Source: Elusimicrobiota bacterium
GTDB lineage: Bacteria > CG03 > SLGR01 > JBDRKX01
Assembly (NCBI GenBank): GCA_043813605.1
Contig: JBDRKX010000035.1
Span: 1-27,469, forward strand
Direction: 5' to 3'
DNA: 27,469 nucleotides
Shown in pieces: positions 26,648 to 27,469 of the stretch. The first letter of the stretch is position 1. Each line of letters opens with the position of its first letter. The notes beneath the pieces are model-generated. The model was not told the DNA's origin. It ran no database searches and worked only from the letters and a program-made list of their open reading frames with translations. Both the position numbers and the translations under genes were made by a program.

Positions 26648-27277
26648 ATGACGAGAAAAATGACGGATAAATTACCGGATAAAGGCATATATTTTCTTTT
26701 TGATCCGGCAACGTGGAGAAAACAGCCTTGGATGAATACAATACAGGAGATACTGCCGAACATAAGTATGATCCAGTTGCGTTCTCCCGGCATGGATATC
26801 ATTACTTACAGGGAAACGGCATCCGAATTAAAGGAAATAATAGGAGATTCAGGAATACCTATAATTATAAACAACAGGATAGAAGTTGCTGTATCACTTG
26901 GACTAAACGGCATTCATCTGGGCGCCGGCGACATGCCTGTCGGTGAAGCAAGAAAAATTTTCAAAGGGATCATAGGAGCATCAAGACACACTCCTTCGGG
27001 TGCAAAAGAAGCAGAAGCCGCGGGCGCTGATTATATCGGCTGCGGCCCGGTTTTTCCGACCCGGACAAAACTTCTGGACCGGCCTGTAATAGGGATAGAC
27101 GGGTTTATAAAGGTTAAGGAAAGTGTCAGTATACCGGTAATCCCTATAGGAGGCATAGATACGGAGAATGTGAACAGATTGGCGGGTATTTCCGGAGTGC
27201 TGGCTGTATCTGCGGCAATAAACCTTTCAGAAAATCCCGGACTTATTACAGAAAAGCTTAACAGTAACCGATTATAA
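26648..27277 (+). CDS. thiE: Thiamine-phosphate synthase
   Basis: IQLR, IINNR, GIHLG, GASRH, DYIGCGPVFPTRTK, PIGGI. Confidence 0.88.
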   Translation: MTRKMTDKLPDKGIYFLFDPATWRKQPWMNTIQEILPNISMIQLRSPGMDIITYRETASELKEIIGDSGIPIIINNRIEVAVSLGLNGIHLGAGDMPVGEARKIFKGIIGASRHTPSGAKEAEAAGADYIGCGPVFPTRTKLLDRPVIGIDGFIKVKESVSIPVIPIGGIDTENVNRLAGISGVLAVSAAINLSENPGLITEKLNSNRL

Positions 27278-27469
27278 CCGCCTAACCCGGCATAATCTGT
27301 ATTTGCAGAAAAATATAGCATATTATGCAATGTGAAATATAGGAATAATCAGGATAAAAAGAGAAAGGTCAATATATGACAGTTAGAGATAAAATTGCTT
27401 TAAGACTGATAGCTCCTTGTTCCTCTATTTATCCTGATTAAGCCCTGTCTCAATATCCAGCATTTTTTC

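Noticed and set aside
26639..26662. 12-bp tandem duplication ACGAGAAAAATG at the thiE start
   Set aside because: In-frame and only makes the start codon ambiguous (26648 or 26660); no evident function.
27278..27469. Possible 3' end of a minus-strand gene (stop near 27425) and ORF 27031..27330
   Set aside because: Too little sequence to support a call; the ORF largely shadows thiE.

Overview
Bacterial chromosome window with two parts. Bases ~1-11158 are a visibly more AT-rich accessory region that looks like the right arm of an integrative element. It holds a tightly coupled 8-gene operon rich in DNA-repair families: Cys-rich hypothetical, RecD2 helicase, Zn-ribbon protein, ankyrin lipoprotein, DUF72, DinB, HhH-GPD glycosylase and THEP1-type NTPase. 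It continues with a 153-bp IS21-like miniature element, a patchwork of small HTH, relic and defence-like genes sharing a repeated palindromic motif, and an xis-int pair that abuts the 5' end of tRNA-Lys(CTT). Bases 11159-27469 are housekeeping genes: tRNA-Lys(CTT), tRNA-Leu(TAG), tig, clpP, clpX (frameshifted by an extra AGAT unit), lon, serA (its stop codon lies inside tRNA-Lys(TTT)), rpmE, prfA, prmC, murA, hisD-C-B-A-I (no hisG/H/F/E), signal peptidase I and thiE. All calls come from motifs recognised by eye; no searches were run.
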